Shown: positions 37,246 to 48,049, numbered from the stretch's first letter. The stretch is DNA of 64,000 bases from an uncultured Clostridia bacterium (GCA_944384195.1 CALWSK010000003.1:74826-138825), one strand, 5' to 3'. Notes: generated from the sequence alone by a model not told the origin. Numbers and translations: made by a program.

Positions 37246-37509
37246 TTAAAATTTTGAAAGCATCTTATTAACTATATCTTCAGTAGATACATTATAGCTA
37301 CCATCTTCTATTTTTTTAGATATTTGTTCTACTTTTTCTTCTCTTATATCCGGAGCATTTGATATAGCTCTTAAAACACTTTGAAAATCTCTAGCTCTAT
37401 CAGAAACAACTAGGGAATCATTTTGTTTTTTAGTTTTTTCTATTCTTTGCTCTTGTTTTATATTTTTATTATAAATATTTGTTGTATTAAATAAGTTTGT
37501 TATTTTCAT
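37246..37509 (-). CDS. flgM: anti-sigma-28 factor FlgM
   Basis: DSLVVSDRA...APDIREEKVEQISKKIEDGSYNV. Confidence 0.9.
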   Translation of the reverse strand: MKITNLFNTTNIYNKNIKQEQRIEKTKKQNDSLVVSDRARDFQSVLRAISNAPDIREEKVEQISKKIEDGSYNVSTEDIVNKMLSKF

Positions 37510-37558
37510 ATAAATCCTCCTTTACGATAAGCAGTAAATCCCTTATTCTTCTTAATGT

Positions 37559-37586
37559 ATATCGTCTTTTAAAAACAAAAAATTAA
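37559..37586 (-). promoter_or_regulatory. candidate sigma-28 (SigD/FliA) promoter for the flgM operon
   Basis: TTAA (37586-37583), 16 nt spacer, GACGATAT (37566-37559), versus the consensus TAAA-N15/16-GCCGATAT. Confidence 0.5.
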
Positions 37587-37712
37587 TATATATCTTTCTA
37601 AAATTTTATTTTTTAATATTACATTTTTTTATTATAACTTATTTTATTGCTTTTATAAATAAATTTTTCATTAATAATCTATATTTTTATACATAACATT
37701 TTCTATAAATAT

Positions 37713-37745
37713 AAAAATGCTGTAGATTAAATCTACAGCATTTTT
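37713..37745. terminator. intrinsic terminator after the alanine/glycine symporter gene
   Basis: AAAAATGCTGTAGAT-TAA-ATCTACAGCATTTTT. Confidence 0.85.
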
Positions 37746-37746
37746 A

Positions 37747-39162
37747 TTATTTCCAACATTCAGTATCAGAAAGTCCTATATCTTTAGCTTTAAATACTGG
37801 CTCTTTTCCTTCTTTTTTCTGTTTTATATAGTCTTTTAAACACCTTATAGATATACCTCCTAAAAGAAGTATAGCAATTATATTTATTATAGCCATACCA
37901 GCCATAAGCAAGTCTGCTAAATTCCAAGCAGCACTAAGACTCATTTGAGTACCTAAAAATATCATTATAAGACAAGTTGCTCTAAATATATTTAAAACTA
38001 CTTTATTATCTTTTATAAATTTAACATTAGCTTCAGCATAGCAATAATTTCCTATAAGTGAACTAAATGCAAATAAAAATATAGCAATAGATATAAAGTG
38101 TATACCTATTTCTCCAACATTAGCTTTAACGGCATTTTGTACAAATCCTATACCAGTCCCTTCGCTAACACCAGAACATAAAAGAATCATTGCCGTTGTA
38201 GAACATATAAAAATAGTATCTATAAATACAGAAAACATTTGTACAAGACCTTGTTTTACTGGGTGAGATACATCTGCTGTTGCTGCTGCATTAGGAGCAG
38301 AACCCATACCTGCTTCATTAGAAAATAACCCTCTTTTTATACCTTGCATAACACAAGAACTAGTAAAAGCACCAACACCCCCACCAAATATTGCCTTAAA
38401 ATTAAACGCTTCTGTAAATATGCTTTTTATTACATCTGGAAGAAGATTTATATTTTTTATAGTTATAAAAAATCCAAGCCCTATATAAGCTATAGCCATA
38501 ATAGGTACTATTCCTGAAGTTATAAAACCTATTCTTTTAACACCGCCATATATTGTAATCCCTGTAAGAATAGCTAAAACTAATCCTAAAACAATAGGCG
38601 CTATACTGTTGGAATAGTTTGGAAAATAATACCTTAAAGAATCCCCTATATTAAATGCTTGCAAAGCATTAAACCCATAAGCAAAACAAGCAATTAAAAA
38701 TATACTAAATAATATACCAAGAGGTCTACTTTTTAGAGCTGTTTGTATGTAATATGCCGGTCCTCCTCTAAAACCGTCTTCTTTATCTTTTATTTTGTAT
38801 ATTTGGGCAAGTGTACTTTCTATAAAAGCAGATGCACTCCCTATTATAGCTAAAATCCACATCCAAAAAACTGCTCCAGGTCCTCCCGTACCTATGGCAA
38901 GAGCCACCCCTACAATATTCCCAGTACCAACACGCGATGCCGTCGATATCATAAGCGCTTGAAAAGATGATATCCCAGAATTATGCTTTTTTTCCATTAT
39001 TACTTTTATAGCCTCTGGCAATAACTTTATCTGAACAAAACCCGTCCTTATAGTAAAATATATACCTGTTGCTATAAGAAGTCCTGCTAATATCCAAGTA
39101 TATATGAAATTTCCTATATTACCTGATATGTTTGCAAAAGCTTCCATAAATTTTTCCATCAT
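37747..39162 (-). CDS. alanine/glycine:cation symporter (AGCS family, AlsT-like)
   Basis: STASRVGTGNIVGVA, GGPGAVFWMW, RGGPAYY, RGLFSNEAGMGSAPNAAA. Confidence 0.93.
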   Translation of the reverse strand: MMEKFMEAFANISGNIGNFIYTWILAGLLIATGIYFTIRTGFVQIKLLPEAIKVIMEKKHNSGISSFQALMISTASRVGTGNIVGVALAIGTGGPGAVFWMWILAIIGSASAFIESTLAQIYKIKDKEDGFRGGPAYYIQTALKSRPLGILFSIFLIACFAYGFNALQAFNIGDSLRYYFPNYSNSIAPIVLGLVLAILTGITIYGGVKRIGFITSGIVPIMAIAYIGLGFFITIKNINLLPDVIKSIFTEAFNFKAIFGGGVGAFTSSCVMQGIKRGLFSNEAGMGSAPNAAATADVSHPVKQGLVQMFSVFIDTIFICSTTAMILLCSGVSEGTGIGFVQNAVKANVGEIGIHFISIAIFLFAFSSLIGNYCYAEANVKFIKDNKVVLNIFRATCLIMIFLGTQMSLSAAWNLADLLMAGMAIINIIAILLLGGISIRCLKDYIKQKKEGKEPVFKAKDIGLSDTECWK

Positions 39163-39414
39163 TCATATCATCTCCTTATATTATATTTTTATATATTATA
39201 CCATAGTTTATTTTTTTTTCCACATAAAAAACTGCGTTTTTCAACAATATAGATTTTTTTGTTTATTTATAATAAATTATTTATAAGCATTGTTTTATAA
39301 AAAATGTATATCTTAGCCAATTTTTATATTAAAATATATAAATATATTTCTTATAATAACTATAAATTCTTATTATTAAGTTAAAAATATTTTAATCAAA
39401 AATATTAGTATATA

Positions 39415-39828
39415 TTATAAAACCATAAATAAGCTTCCAAAAACAATAAGAATAGCTCCTAATATGGATTTTATACTAAATTTTTCATTTAATAATACTA
39501 CAGAAAATATAATAGTTATAATTATACTAAGCTTATCTATAGCAACAACTTTAGAAACTTGCCCTATTTGTATAGATTTATAATAAAATAACCAAGATGC
39601 ACCTGTGCATAAACCTGATAAAATTAAAAATATCCAACTTTTCTTATCTAAACTACTAATACTACTTTGAGCATTAATTATAAACACTATTCCCCAAGCC
39701 ATAACTAAAACAACACTTGTTCTTATAGCTGTTGCTAAATCAGAATTTATTCCCTCTATCCCCATTTTAGCCAAAACAGAAGTAAGAGCTGCAAATATAG
39801 CTGAGGCTAATGCAAACAAAAACCACAT
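39415..39828 (-). CDS. single-domain EamA/DMT family transporter
   Basis: 137-aa hydrophobic protein; SAIFAALTSVLAKMG, SWLFYYKSIQIG, IDKLS. Confidence 0.85.
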   Translation of the reverse strand: MWFLFALASAIFAALTSVLAKMGIEGINSDLATAIRTSVVLVMAWGIVFIINAQSSISSLDKKSWIFLILSGLCTGASWLFYYKSIQIGQVSKVVAIDKLSIIITIIFSVVLLNEKFSIKSILGAILIVFGSLFMVL

Positions 39829-39852
39829 AATAAACTCCTTTCTAAAATTTTT

Positions 39853-39887
39853 AAAAAGCCGTGCTAAATAATTATAGCACGACTTTT
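39853..39887 (-). terminator. intrinsic terminator after valS
   Basis: Minus strand AAAAGTCGTGCTA...TAGCACGGCTTTTT. Confidence 0.75.
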
Positions 39888-39893
39888 ATATAC

Positions 39894-42530
39894 TTATTTT
39901 TTTAAAGATTTTATTTGTTCTTTAACTTTGTCTAACATATCTTTATATTTTTTCATCTTTTCTTTTTCTTCTTCTATTACTTTTTCTGGAGCTTTAGCAA
40001 CAAATCCTTGATTAGAAAGTTTTTTCTCTACTCTTTCTACTTCTTTGATAAGCTTAGCTTCTTCTTTGGTAAGTCTATCTAATTCTTTTTCTATATCTAC
40101 AAGTTCATCAAAAGGCATATATATAATTCCATCTGGTATAACAACAGAAACTGCACCATCTGGGGCTTTATCATATTTTTCTATATTAAGCTCGCTAACA
40201 AATGCTAAAGTATTGAAAAACACTTCGCTAGTTTTAAATGTGTTATTAACCTTATCATTATCAGAAGAAATAATAACTTTAGCTTTCTTAGAATTAGGTA
40301 CATTCATTTCTGCTCTTAAATTTCTTATTCCTTTTACAGCAGTTTTTATAAGTTCTACTTTTTCTTCTTCCTCTTTAAAGTTTAATTCTTCTTTAAATTC
40401 TGGCCATTTACTAAGCATAATTGTTTCTTCTTTATCTTGAATAGAAGTAAATATTTCTTCTGTTATAAAAGGTGCAAATGGATGCAATAATTTTAAAGAA
40501 TTGATAAGAACAGTATTAAGAGTATATAAAGCAGCTTTTCTTGTAGCATCTTCTTTATTATAAAGGCGTGGCTTAACCATTTCTATATACCAGTCGCAAT
40601 ACTCATCCCAAATAAAATCATATATCTTAGTAAGAGCTATTCCTAAATCATAAGTTTCAAGATTAGAAGTAACCTCTTTAGCTAAAGTATTACATTTAGA
40701 TATTATCCATTTATCCACATCTGTAAGCTCATCTAAAGATATATTATCTAAATTTTCGTCTTCTATATTCATAAGAATAAAACGTGTTGCGTTCCATATT
40801 TTATTTAAGAAGTTTCTATTAGCTTCTATTTTTTCCCAATAAAACCTAAGGTCATTTCCGGCAGAATTTCCAGTAGTTAGCATAAGCCTTAAAGCATCTG
40901 CACCATATTTTTCTATTACTTCAAGAGGGTCTATACCATTTCCTAAAGACTTACTCATCTTTCTACCTTCAGAATCTCTTACTAAGCCATGGATAAGTAC
41001 ATCTTTAAAAGGAAGTTCTCCCATTTGCTCTATACCAGAAAATACCATACGAACAACCCAGAAGAATATTATATCATATCCTGTTACAAGTACATTTGTA
41101 GGATAAAAATATTCAAGCTCCTCTGTTTTTTCTGGCCAACCAAGAGTAGAAAAAGGCCAAAGAGCAGAGCTAAACCAAGTATCTAATGTATCCTCATCTT
41201 GATTTAATTTTTCACATCCACATTTAGAACAAGCCTTAGGCATTTCTCTAGCTACTTCTATATGTCCACATTTTTCACAATAATAAGCCGGTATTCTATG
41301 TCCCCACCATAACTGACGAGATATACACCAATCTTTTATATTCTCAAGCCAATGTGTATATATCTTGCCAAATCTATCTGGAATAAAGCGAAGCTCATTT
41401 TTATAATAAGCATCTAAAGCCGGTTTAGCTAGCTCTTCCATTTTTACAAACCATTGACTTTTTATAAGAGGTTCTATAACATGAGAACATCTTTCGTGAG
41501 TACCTACAGAATGGCTAATAGGTTCTTCTTTTACAAATAAGCCCATTTCTTCAAGCTCTTTTATTATTTGCTTTCTAGCATCATATCTATATAAGCCTTT
41601 AAATTTTCCGCCGTTTTCATTTATAGTCCCGTCATCATTTAATATATTTATCTTAGGAAGATTATGTCTTTCTCCAACCTCAAAATCGTTAGGGTCGTGG
41701 GCTGGAGTAATTTTTACAACACCAGTCCCAAATTCCATATCTACATAATCATCTGCTATGATAGGTATTTCTCTATCTACAAAAGGAACAATACATACCT
41801 TACCTATTAAATCTTTATATCTTTCATCATTAGGATTTACTGCTATAGCAGTATCGCCAAGCATAGTTTCTGGACGCGTAGTAGCAAATTGTAAAAACTT
41901 ATCTGTATCTTTTATAGGATATTTTATATGCCAGAAAAATCCGTTTTTATCTTGATGGTCAACTTCTGCATCAGATATAGTAGTCTTACAATTAGGACAC
42001 CAGTTTATTAGTTTTTCCCCTTTATAAATATACCCTTTTTCATAAAGACGAACAAAAACTTCTAATACTGCTTTTGAAAGCCCCTCGTCCATAGTAAAAC
42101 GCTCTCTATCCCAGTCGCAAGAATTTCCAAGCTTTTTAAGTTGATTTACTATAGTAGTTCCATATTGTTCTTTCCACTCCCAAGCTCTTTTTAAAAATTC
42201 TTCTCTTCCAAGCTCTTCTTTACTAGTACCTTCGCTTGCAAGCTTATCTATTATTTTAACTTCTGTAGATATACTAGCGTGGTCTGTCCCTGGGAGCCAT
42301 AAAGCGCTATAACCTTGCATTCTTTTCCATCTTATAAGAACATCTTGAAGCGTGTTATCAAGAGCATGTCCCATATGAAGATGACCTGTAATATTAGGTG
42401 GTGGAATAACTATTGTATATGGCTTTTTGTTTTTATCTACTTCTGCGTGAAAATATTTCTTTTCTAGCCAAGTTTTATAAATCCTCTCTTCTATAGATGG
42501 ATTATAATTTTTTTCTAGCTCTTTTTTCAT
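39894..42530 (-). CDS. valS: valine--tRNA ligase
   Basis: [13 protein letters not shown] (HIGH), [18 protein letters not shown]-terminal coiled coil. Confidence 0.98.
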   Translation of the reverse strand: MKKELEKNYNPSIEERIYKTWLEKKYFHAEVDKNKKPYTIVIPPPNITGHLHMGHALDNTLQDVLIRWKRMQGYSALWLPGTDHASISTEVKIIDKLASEGTSKEELGREEFLKRAWEWKEQYGTTIVNQLKKLGNSCDWDRERFTMDEGLSKAVLEVFVRLYEKGYIYKGEKLINWCPNCKTTISDAEVDHQDKNGFFWHIKYPIKDTDKFLQFATTRPETMLGDTAIAVNPNDERYKDLIGKVCIVPFVDREIPIIADDYVDMEFGTGVVKITPAHDPNDFEVGERHNLPKINILNDDGTINENGGKFKGLYRYDARKQIIKELEEMGLFVKEEPISHSVGTHERCSHVIEPLIKSQWFVKMEELAKPALDAYYKNELRFIPDRFGKIYTHWLENIKDWCISRQLWWGHRIPAYYCEKCGHIEVAREMPKACSKCGCEKLNQDEDTLDTWFSSALWPFSTLGWPEKTEELEYFYPTNVLVTGYDIIFFWVVRMVFSGIEQMGELPFKDVLIHGLVRDSEGRKMSKSLGNGIDPLEVIEKYGADALRLMLTTGNSAGNDLRFYWEKIEANRNFLNKIWNATRFILMNIEDENLDNISLDELTDVDKWIISKCNTLAKEVTSNLETYDLGIALTKIYDFIWDEYCDWYIEMVKPRLYNKEDATRKAALYTLNTVLINSLKLLHPFAPFITEEIFTSIQDKEETIMLSKWPEFKEELNFKEEEEKVELIKTAVKGIRNLRAEMNVPNSKKAKVIISSDNDKVNNTFKTSEVFFNTLAFVSELNIEKYDKAPDGAVSVVIPDGIIYMPFDELVDIEKELDRLTKEEAKLIKEVERVEKKLSNQGFVAKAPEKVIEEEKEKMKKYKDMLDKVKEQIKSLKK

Positions 42531-42799
42531 CTAAAAAACCTCCAAAAATATATAATTAATATAATTGCTATAAAAAATATAAATAAGCTTATCATAGATA
42601 AGATGCCCTTTTTGTCTTCAAACATTTCTGAAAAGTCATCTTTTTTGCTTTTATTTTGCTCTTTTTCTTCTAAGCTATCCTCTTGCAAATCTTCTTCTAA
42701 AAAATCTAGCTTATTATTTTTTTCTAGTTTTGTATTAAATAAAAATTTAAAAATCATCAAAAAACCTAAAAGAATAAATATTAAAGCTAATATTTTAAT
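42527..42799 (-). CDS. small two-TM membrane protein between the T-box and valS, probable ATT start
   Basis: Track ORF 42527..42760 extends in frame to ATT codons at 42799/42802, just after the SD GAAGGTG, adding the hydrophobic segment [14 protein letters not shown]; ATGA overlap with valS. Confidence 0.55.
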   Translation of the reverse strand: MKILALIFILLGFLMIFKFLFNTKLEKNNKLDFLEEDLQEDSLEEKEQNKSKKDDFSEMFEDKKGILSMISLFIFFIAIILIIYFWRFFR

Positions 42800-42825
42800 A
42801 ATATCACCTTCTTAATTTTTGATAA

Positions 42826-43058
42826 AAATAAAAAAACTCTCATCAACAAAGGACGAAAGTATCGTGGTACCACCTTATTTCAAGCAAAACGCAAGCACTC
42901 TAAGGCCTTTAACAGAAGCCACCTGTATAAGCTTACTATATTTTCAGCTTATCTGCTCAAAAGCTACCTTCAATATCGCATCGGCAAAGCTAGCTTACAG
43001 CCTAGGACTAGCTCTCTCTTATGCTTGCTAATATCTACTCCTCTTTTTCATAGCATTT
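42826..43058 (-). ncRNA. T-box riboswitch with Val specifier
   Basis: Stem I AGAGA/GCTG motifs, specifier GAAG-GTA-GC (GTA = Val, 42967-42965), T-box AAGGTGGTACCACG (42876-42863), terminator ACTTTCGTC/GATGAGAGT with a T run. Confidence 0.93.
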
Positions 43059-43064
43059 AATATG

Positions 43065-43093
43065 ATTTTATATATATATCTAAGTTTTGTCAA
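43065..43093 (-). promoter_or_regulatory. sigma-A promoter of the T-box/valS leader
   Basis: TTGACA (43093-43088), 17 nt spacer, TAAAAT (43070-43065). Confidence 0.75.
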
Positions 43094-43210
43094 TACATAT
43101 ATTAATATTTAAATAATTATTTATAAAAGCTTATTATATTGCTTTTTTTTATAAAACATATATAATATAAATTACGTATATATTATATAATAAATAAAAA
43201 GGAGCATCTT

Positions 43211-44128
43211 ATGAACAAATTTTTTAACCTATTTATAAAAGGTATCTTTGTTGGAGTTGCTAATATTATCCCTGGCGTTAGTGGAGGTACTATAGCCGTT
43301 GTGCTTAGGATATTTGACCAAATGATAGACGCTATAAATAACTTCTTTAAAGAACCTAAAAAACATCTAAAATTTTTAATCCCTCTTATGATAGGAGCCG
43401 GCTTTGGGATATTAATCTTTAGCAAAATTATAGAAATATGCCTTGCTAAACAGTCCTTACCTACTAGTATGTTTTTTGTAGGCTTAGTAATAGGGAGCGT
43501 TCCTCTTATCTATGGACACGCAAAAACTAAAGAAATAAAACCTATATACTACATAGCTAGTCTTATTAGCTTTCTTATAGTTGTTTTTATTTCTTTTATG
43601 AAAGAACCTACTTCAGTAGCTACATCTACTAGCCTTTCTGCTTTCTTTCTTATAAAAATGTTTATATTTAATATGATAGCTAGTGCAGCTATGGTTGTCC
43701 CAGGGATAAGTGGCTCTTTTGTTATGGTTCTTCTTGGTATATACAATATAATATTAACTTCTATAAGCAGTTTTATATCTACAGTAATATCTGGTCTTAA
43801 ACTAATATCTACAGAAGGCTTTTTTGCTTGTGTAAAATATATTATAACTTCTAGCTCTTTTATAACGCTTTTTGTAGCCGGCATAGGTATTATAGTAGGC
43901 GTTATAGTCGTTTCTAAACTTATAGCATTTCTTTTAGACAGATACTTTTCTATTACTTACTTTTCTATATTAGGGCTTATCTTTGGTTCTATATTTTCTA
44001 TATTTAAAGACCCTATGACATACGCAAGTTATCAAGGCTCTTCCATACCTTTATTTAGCATAATACTTGCTATTATATTAGGTATTATAGGATTTTTTAT
44101 ATCATTTAAATTAGGAAAAGAATGGTAA
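43211..44128 (+). CDS. DUF368 family membrane protein (undecaprenyl-phosphate translocase family)
   Basis: Duplicated re-entrant motifs IIPGVSGGT and VVPGISGS; polytopic. Confidence 0.88.
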   Translation: MNKFFNLFIKGIFVGVANIIPGVSGGTIAVVLRIFDQMIDAINNFFKEPKKHLKFLIPLMIGAGFGILIFSKIIEICLAKQSLPTSMFFVGLVIGSVPLIYGHAKTKEIKPIYYIASLISFLIVVFISFMKEPTSVATSTSLSAFFLIKMFIFNMIASAAMVVPGISGSFVMVLLGIYNIILTSISSFISTVISGLKLISTEGFFACVKYIITSSSFITLFVAGIGIIVGVIVVSKLIAFLLDRYFSITYFSILGLIFGSIFSIFKDPMTYASYQGSSIPLFSIILAIILGIIGFFISFKLGKEW

Positions 44129-44154
44129 ATTTTAATAAAATAATTTTTAAAATA

Positions 44155-44197
44155 ATAAAAGGCCTAGCATTTTATATAAAAACGCTATGCCTTTTAT
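44155..44197. terminator. bidirectional terminator between the DUF368 gene and dnaB
   Basis: ATAAAAGGCCTAGC...GCTATGCCTTTTAT imperfect stem. Confidence 0.65.
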
Positions 44198-45537
44198 ATA
44201 TCTATATATTGTCTTTCCAAATCTCCAAATTTTGTATATCTACCATCCCAACTAAGATTAACGGTCCCAACAGAACCATTTCTCTGCTTAGCTATTATAA
44301 GCTCTGCTTGCCCTACTTTTTCAGTTTCTGGATTATAATATTCTTCTCTATATAAAAAACATACAAGGTCGGCATCTTGCTCTATAGCTCCAGACTCTCT
44401 AAGGTCTGATAACATAGGCTTTGGAGGTTTTCTCTGCTCTACTGCCCTGCTAAGCTGTGATAGAGCTATAATAGGTATATCGAGCTCTCTAGCAAGCCCT
44501 TTTAATGCTCTAGATATGGAAGATATCTCTTGTTGTCTATTCTCGCTTTTGCCATATCCATTCATAAGCTGAAGATAGTCTATAACTACAAGTCCAAGAT
44601 TTTTTTCTTTTTTAAGCCTTCTACATTTTGCTCTAAGCTCTGGTATAGATATAGAAGTCTTATCATCTATATATATAGGTGCATCTGATAAAGTACTAAC
44701 TGCATCTACTATCTTATACCATTCATCATTTATATCCCCGGTTCTAAGTTTTTGAGCCTCTATAGAAGCTTCTGAACATATCATACGATTTACAAGTTGG
44801 TCCTTAGACATCTCTAGGCTAAATATAGCAGTAGTAATATTTTTCTTAACAGATGCATATTGTGCTATATTTATGGCAAAGGCCGTTTTACCCATAGATG
44901 GTCTACCAGCTATAAGTATAAAATCCGAATTTTGAAGTCCTGCCGTTTTTGCATCAAAATCTGTAAATCCAGTTTCTATACCTGTAATTTTCTTTTTAGT
45001 CTTAGATAAAAATTCTATCTTTTCTAAAGACTTTGTAAGAACCTCGGATATAGGGGAAAAGTCTTCTATCCCTTCATCTGCCCCAAGGTCTGCTATTAGC
45101 TTTTCAGAATTTTCTATTATATTTTCTACACTTTTACTATCATCAAAACTAAGATTATTTATAGTTTTAGCAACTTTGATAAGCCTTCTTCTTTTAGCCT
45201 TTTCTTTTACTATATTAGCATATTGCTTAGTAAAGGCACTTGTAGAGACTATGTTATATAGTTCTACTAAATAATCATAGCCTCCTACTTTTTCTAAAAC
45301 TTTTTTTATCTCTAACTTATTTTTAAGCGTTATAATATCTACCATTTGCCCTTGAGAATACATATCAACTATAGCTTCAAATATTTGCTTATGCTCTAAT
45401 CTATAAAAATCTTCTGGTTTTAGCATCTCATAGGCCATAGATATCCCATCTGCATCAAATATCATACAACTAAGCACGGCCTGTTCTGCTTCTATATCAT
45501 TTGGTAAAGTTTCAAAATTTTTATCTTTATTTTCCAT
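44194..45537 (-). CDS. dnaB: replicative DNA helicase
   Basis: AEQAVL, Walker A GRPSMGKT, FSLEMS, IDYLQLM, QLSR, LSDLRESGAIEQDAD, IAKQRNG. Confidence 0.97.
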   Translation of the reverse strand: MENKDKNFETLPNDIEAEQAVLSCMIFDADGISMAYEMLKPEDFYRLEHKQIFEAIVDMYSQGQMVDIITLKNKLEIKKVLEKVGGYDYLVELYNIVSTSAFTKQYANIVKEKAKRRRLIKVAKTINNLSFDDSKSVENIIENSEKLIADLGADEGIEDFSPISEVLTKSLEKIEFLSKTKKKITGIETGFTDFDAKTAGLQNSDFILIAGRPSMGKTAFAINIAQYASVKKNITTAIFSLEMSKDQLVNRMICSEASIEAQKLRTGDINDEWYKIVDAVSTLSDAPIYIDDKTSISIPELRAKCRRLKKEKNLGLVVIDYLQLMNGYGKSENRQQEISSISRALKGLARELDIPIIALSQLSRAVEQRKPPKPMLSDLRESGAIEQDADLVCFLYREEYYNPETEKVGQAELIIAKQRNGSVGTVNLSWDGRYTKFGDLERQYIDI

Positions 45538-45539
45538 AT

Positions 45540-45989
45540 CTATTTTGCTTCTACAATGCTAGCTTTTAAAGTTACACTAACTTTAGGATGAAGTTTTACT
45601 ACTGCTTCTTTTTCTCCTAAAGTTTTTATAGGGCTTGATAAGCTTATTTTTTTCTTATCAACTTCAACGCCTATTTGCTCTTTAATAGCCTCTGCTAGCT
45701 CCTTATTAGTAACAGTTCCAAAAAGTTTACCATTTGTTCCAAGTTTAGCTGAAATAACAAGAGTTTTCTCTTCTATTTTTTTACCAACTTCTACTGCTTT
45801 TTCATATTCTTCTTGTTTTTTAGCATCTTCTATTTTTTTGATATTATCCATTTTTGTAAGATTATTTTTATCTGCTAAAACTGCAAGCTTTTTAGGTAAT
45901 AAGAAGTTTTTAGCATATCCGTCATTAGCATTTATAATCTGATCTTTTTTTCCTACGCCTTTTACATCTTCTAATAATATAACTTTCAT
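45540..45989 (-). CDS. rplI: 50S ribosomal protein L9
   Basis: MKVILLEDVKGVGKK...GYAKNFLLPK, GKLFGTV. Confidence 0.97.
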   Translation of the reverse strand: MKVILLEDVKGVGKKDQIINANDGYAKNFLLPKKLAVLADKNNLTKMDNIKKIEDAKKQEEYEKAVEVGKKIEEKTLVISAKLGTNGKLFGTVTNKELAEAIKEQIGVEVDKKKISLSSPIKTLGEKEAVVKLHPKVSVTLKASIVEAK

Positions 45990-47686
45990 TATTCTTCCTC
46001 CTTGAAATATTCATCTATAGCATTTTTTAACATAAGCTCTGCCTCTTCTATAGAAACATCTCTTATTTGTGTAGCAGATATGGACTGATGCCCACCTCCG
46101 CCAAGTTTTTCCATTATTATTTGTACGTTTATCTCACCAAAGCTTCTAGCGCTTATAGATATATAATCTTCTAGCTTACAAAGAACAAAGCTAGCATTTA
46201 TATTATCTATGTTAAGTAATTCATCACAAGCTTGTGCAACCACAAGAAGAGGATTTTCCGTCTTCTCTTCTAATACTGCAATAGCCATATTATCTCTATA
46301 TATTTTCATATGTTTTATAACATTAGCTCTTGCATTATAGCAATCTAGACTATTTTTAAATAACTTTTTAACTCTTATAGTGTCTGCTCCTCTTTTCTTT
46401 AAAAAAGCTGCCGATTCAAAAGTTTTTATACCAGTTTTAAATGCAAAATTTTTAGTATCTACTATTATGCCAGCAAGAATAGCATCAGCTTCTAAAGGTT
46501 TTATAGGTATAGATTTATTCATATACATAAGCATTTCTGTTATAAGCTCACAAGTAGAAGATGCATAAGGTTCATGGTATGTAAGCACCGCTTTTTCTAT
46601 ATATTCAACACCTTTTCTGTGATGATCAAAAACTACTATTTTTTTAGCTTTTTCTATAATCTCTGGACATTCGCAAAGGCTATCTTTATATACATCAACT
46701 ATAATTAATAATGTTTTTCTATTTATTAACTTAAGCGCTTCTTCTGATGATACAAAAGCATTTTTATATTTCTCATCTTCTATCACTCTTTGGTAGAGAT
46801 AACTCACGGATGAGGTGACCTCATTTAACACAATATTACAAGGCTTTTCAAAAGCAGACACTATAGAATACACTCCTATTCCAGCTCCCATACAGTCAAG
46901 GTCTGTATGTTTATGCCCCATAATAACAACATTTGTAGCATCTTCTATAAGCTCGCTAAGAGCATAAGCTTTTACTCTTGCTCTTACTCTTGAATTTCTG
47001 TTACCCTCTTTTGCGTGTCCTCCAAAAAACTGATAAACCTCTCCATCTTTTATAACAACTTGGTCTCCACCTCTGCTCAGAGCAAAATCTATAGAAACTC
47101 TAGCAAATTCCATATTCTCATCAAGGCTATTTCCATTTATACCTATACCAATAGAAAGAGTAAATGGAATAGTATTTCCCATATCCACTTCCCTTATACT
47201 ATCTAATATTTCAAATCTATTTTCTTTTAATTCTTCTAGCTTGTCTTGAGATAATATAAATATATATTTATCTTTTTCAAATTTACGTACAATTCCTCCA
47301 AGCTCTTTAGCCATCTTCTTTATTTTTCTATCTACTATAGCAAGGATAAGAGGATGCCTAAATTCTTCCATAGTATCTAAAACTTCTTCATAGTTATCTA
47401 TAAATATAAGGCTTACCATAGTCTTATATTTATCAAGCCTTTTTAACTCCTGAAAAAATATATTATATTTATCTGTATCCTTTTTAACTAAAAGATTATA
47501 ATCTTTTTTATTTATATTTATTTCTCTTTCACCATCAAATGGAAAATCTGGCATAAAATCTAATATATTACCTTTACAATCAAAATATGGTAAAATATTT
47601 TCTTCAAACTTAATATTATAACAAATGAAGCTACCATCTAAAGAAACTTGTAAAACTGGAAAGGGTATTTCATCAAAAACTCTCAT
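45989..47686 (-). CDS. gdpP: c-di-AMP phosphodiesterase GdpP-like (PAS-like, degenerate GGDEF, DHH/DHHA1), lacking N-terminal TM helices
   Basis: RGGDQ, MGHKHTDLD, FDHH, IIVDTKNF, SARS, GGGGH; TAATG overlap with rplI. Confidence 0.88.
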   Translation of the reverse strand: MRVFDEIPFPVLQVSLDGSFICYNIKFEENILPYFDCKGNILDFMPDFPFDGEREININKKDYNLLVKKDTDKYNIFFQELKRLDKYKTMVSLIFIDNYEEVLDTMEEFRHPLILAIVDRKIKKMAKELGGIVRKFEKDKYIFILSQDKLEELKENRFEILDSIREVDMGNTIPFTLSIGIGINGNSLDENMEFARVSIDFALSRGGDQVVIKDGEVYQFFGGHAKEGNRNSRVRARVKAYALSELIEDATNVVIMGHKHTDLDCMGAGIGVYSIVSAFEKPCNIVLNEVTSSVSYLYQRVIEDEKYKNAFVSSEEALKLINRKTLLIIVDVYKDSLCECPEIIEKAKKIVVFDHHRKGVEYIEKAVLTYHEPYASSTCELITEMLMYMNKSIPIKPLEADAILAGIIVDTKNFAFKTGIKTFESAAFLKKRGADTIRVKKLFKNSLDCYNARANVIKHMKIYRDNMAIAVLEEKTENPLLVVAQACDELLNIDNINASFVLCKLEDYISISARSFGEINVQIIMEKLGGGGHQSISATQIRDVSIEEAELMLKNAIDEYFKEEE

Positions 47687-47737
47687 AACAAAACCTCTCT
47701 TATAAAATCTTTATAAAAAGATTAAGAAAAATAAAAA

Positions 47738-48049
47738 TTATAGTTTGTTAAAATATCTTAAAAGCTCTTTAACATCTTCGTTAAAAATATCTGTTTCATC
47801 TAAAGCCCCAAGCTTTAGCTTTTTGTTTATCTTTACAAAAAGTGCTTCTGGACTTATCCCAAGCTTTTTTGCTAAAATATATATAAGAATAGTAAGGTCA
47901 GCAAATATTTCCATTTTATCCATAGTATCGCTATCTATATCTATAAAGCTGTTATGTAAGTCAGACACACCAGCTAATATCTGCCCTTTTAATATTTCTA
48001 TCATTTTAATATTTTTTGTAATATCTATCTGATTTTCAGAATTTAACAT
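47738..48049 (-). CDS. MazG-like family small protein
   Basis: DITKNIKMIEILK N-terminus and LAKKLGI pattern, typical of the clostridial protein found upstream of gdpP. Confidence 0.65.
   Translation of the reverse strand: MLNSENQIDITKNIKMIEILKGQILAGVSDLHNSFIDIDSDTMDKMEIFADLTILIYILAKKLGISPEALFVKINKKLKLGALDETDIFNEDVKELLRYFNKL

Noticed and set aside
39163-39414. Glycine riboswitch upstream of the AGCS symporter gene
   Set aside because: No GGAGA...CCGAAG...CTCAGG pattern; the region is plain AT-rich.
42819-43031. 70-aa + strand ORF upstream of valS
   Set aside because: It is antisense to the T-box leader, which explains its higher GC content.
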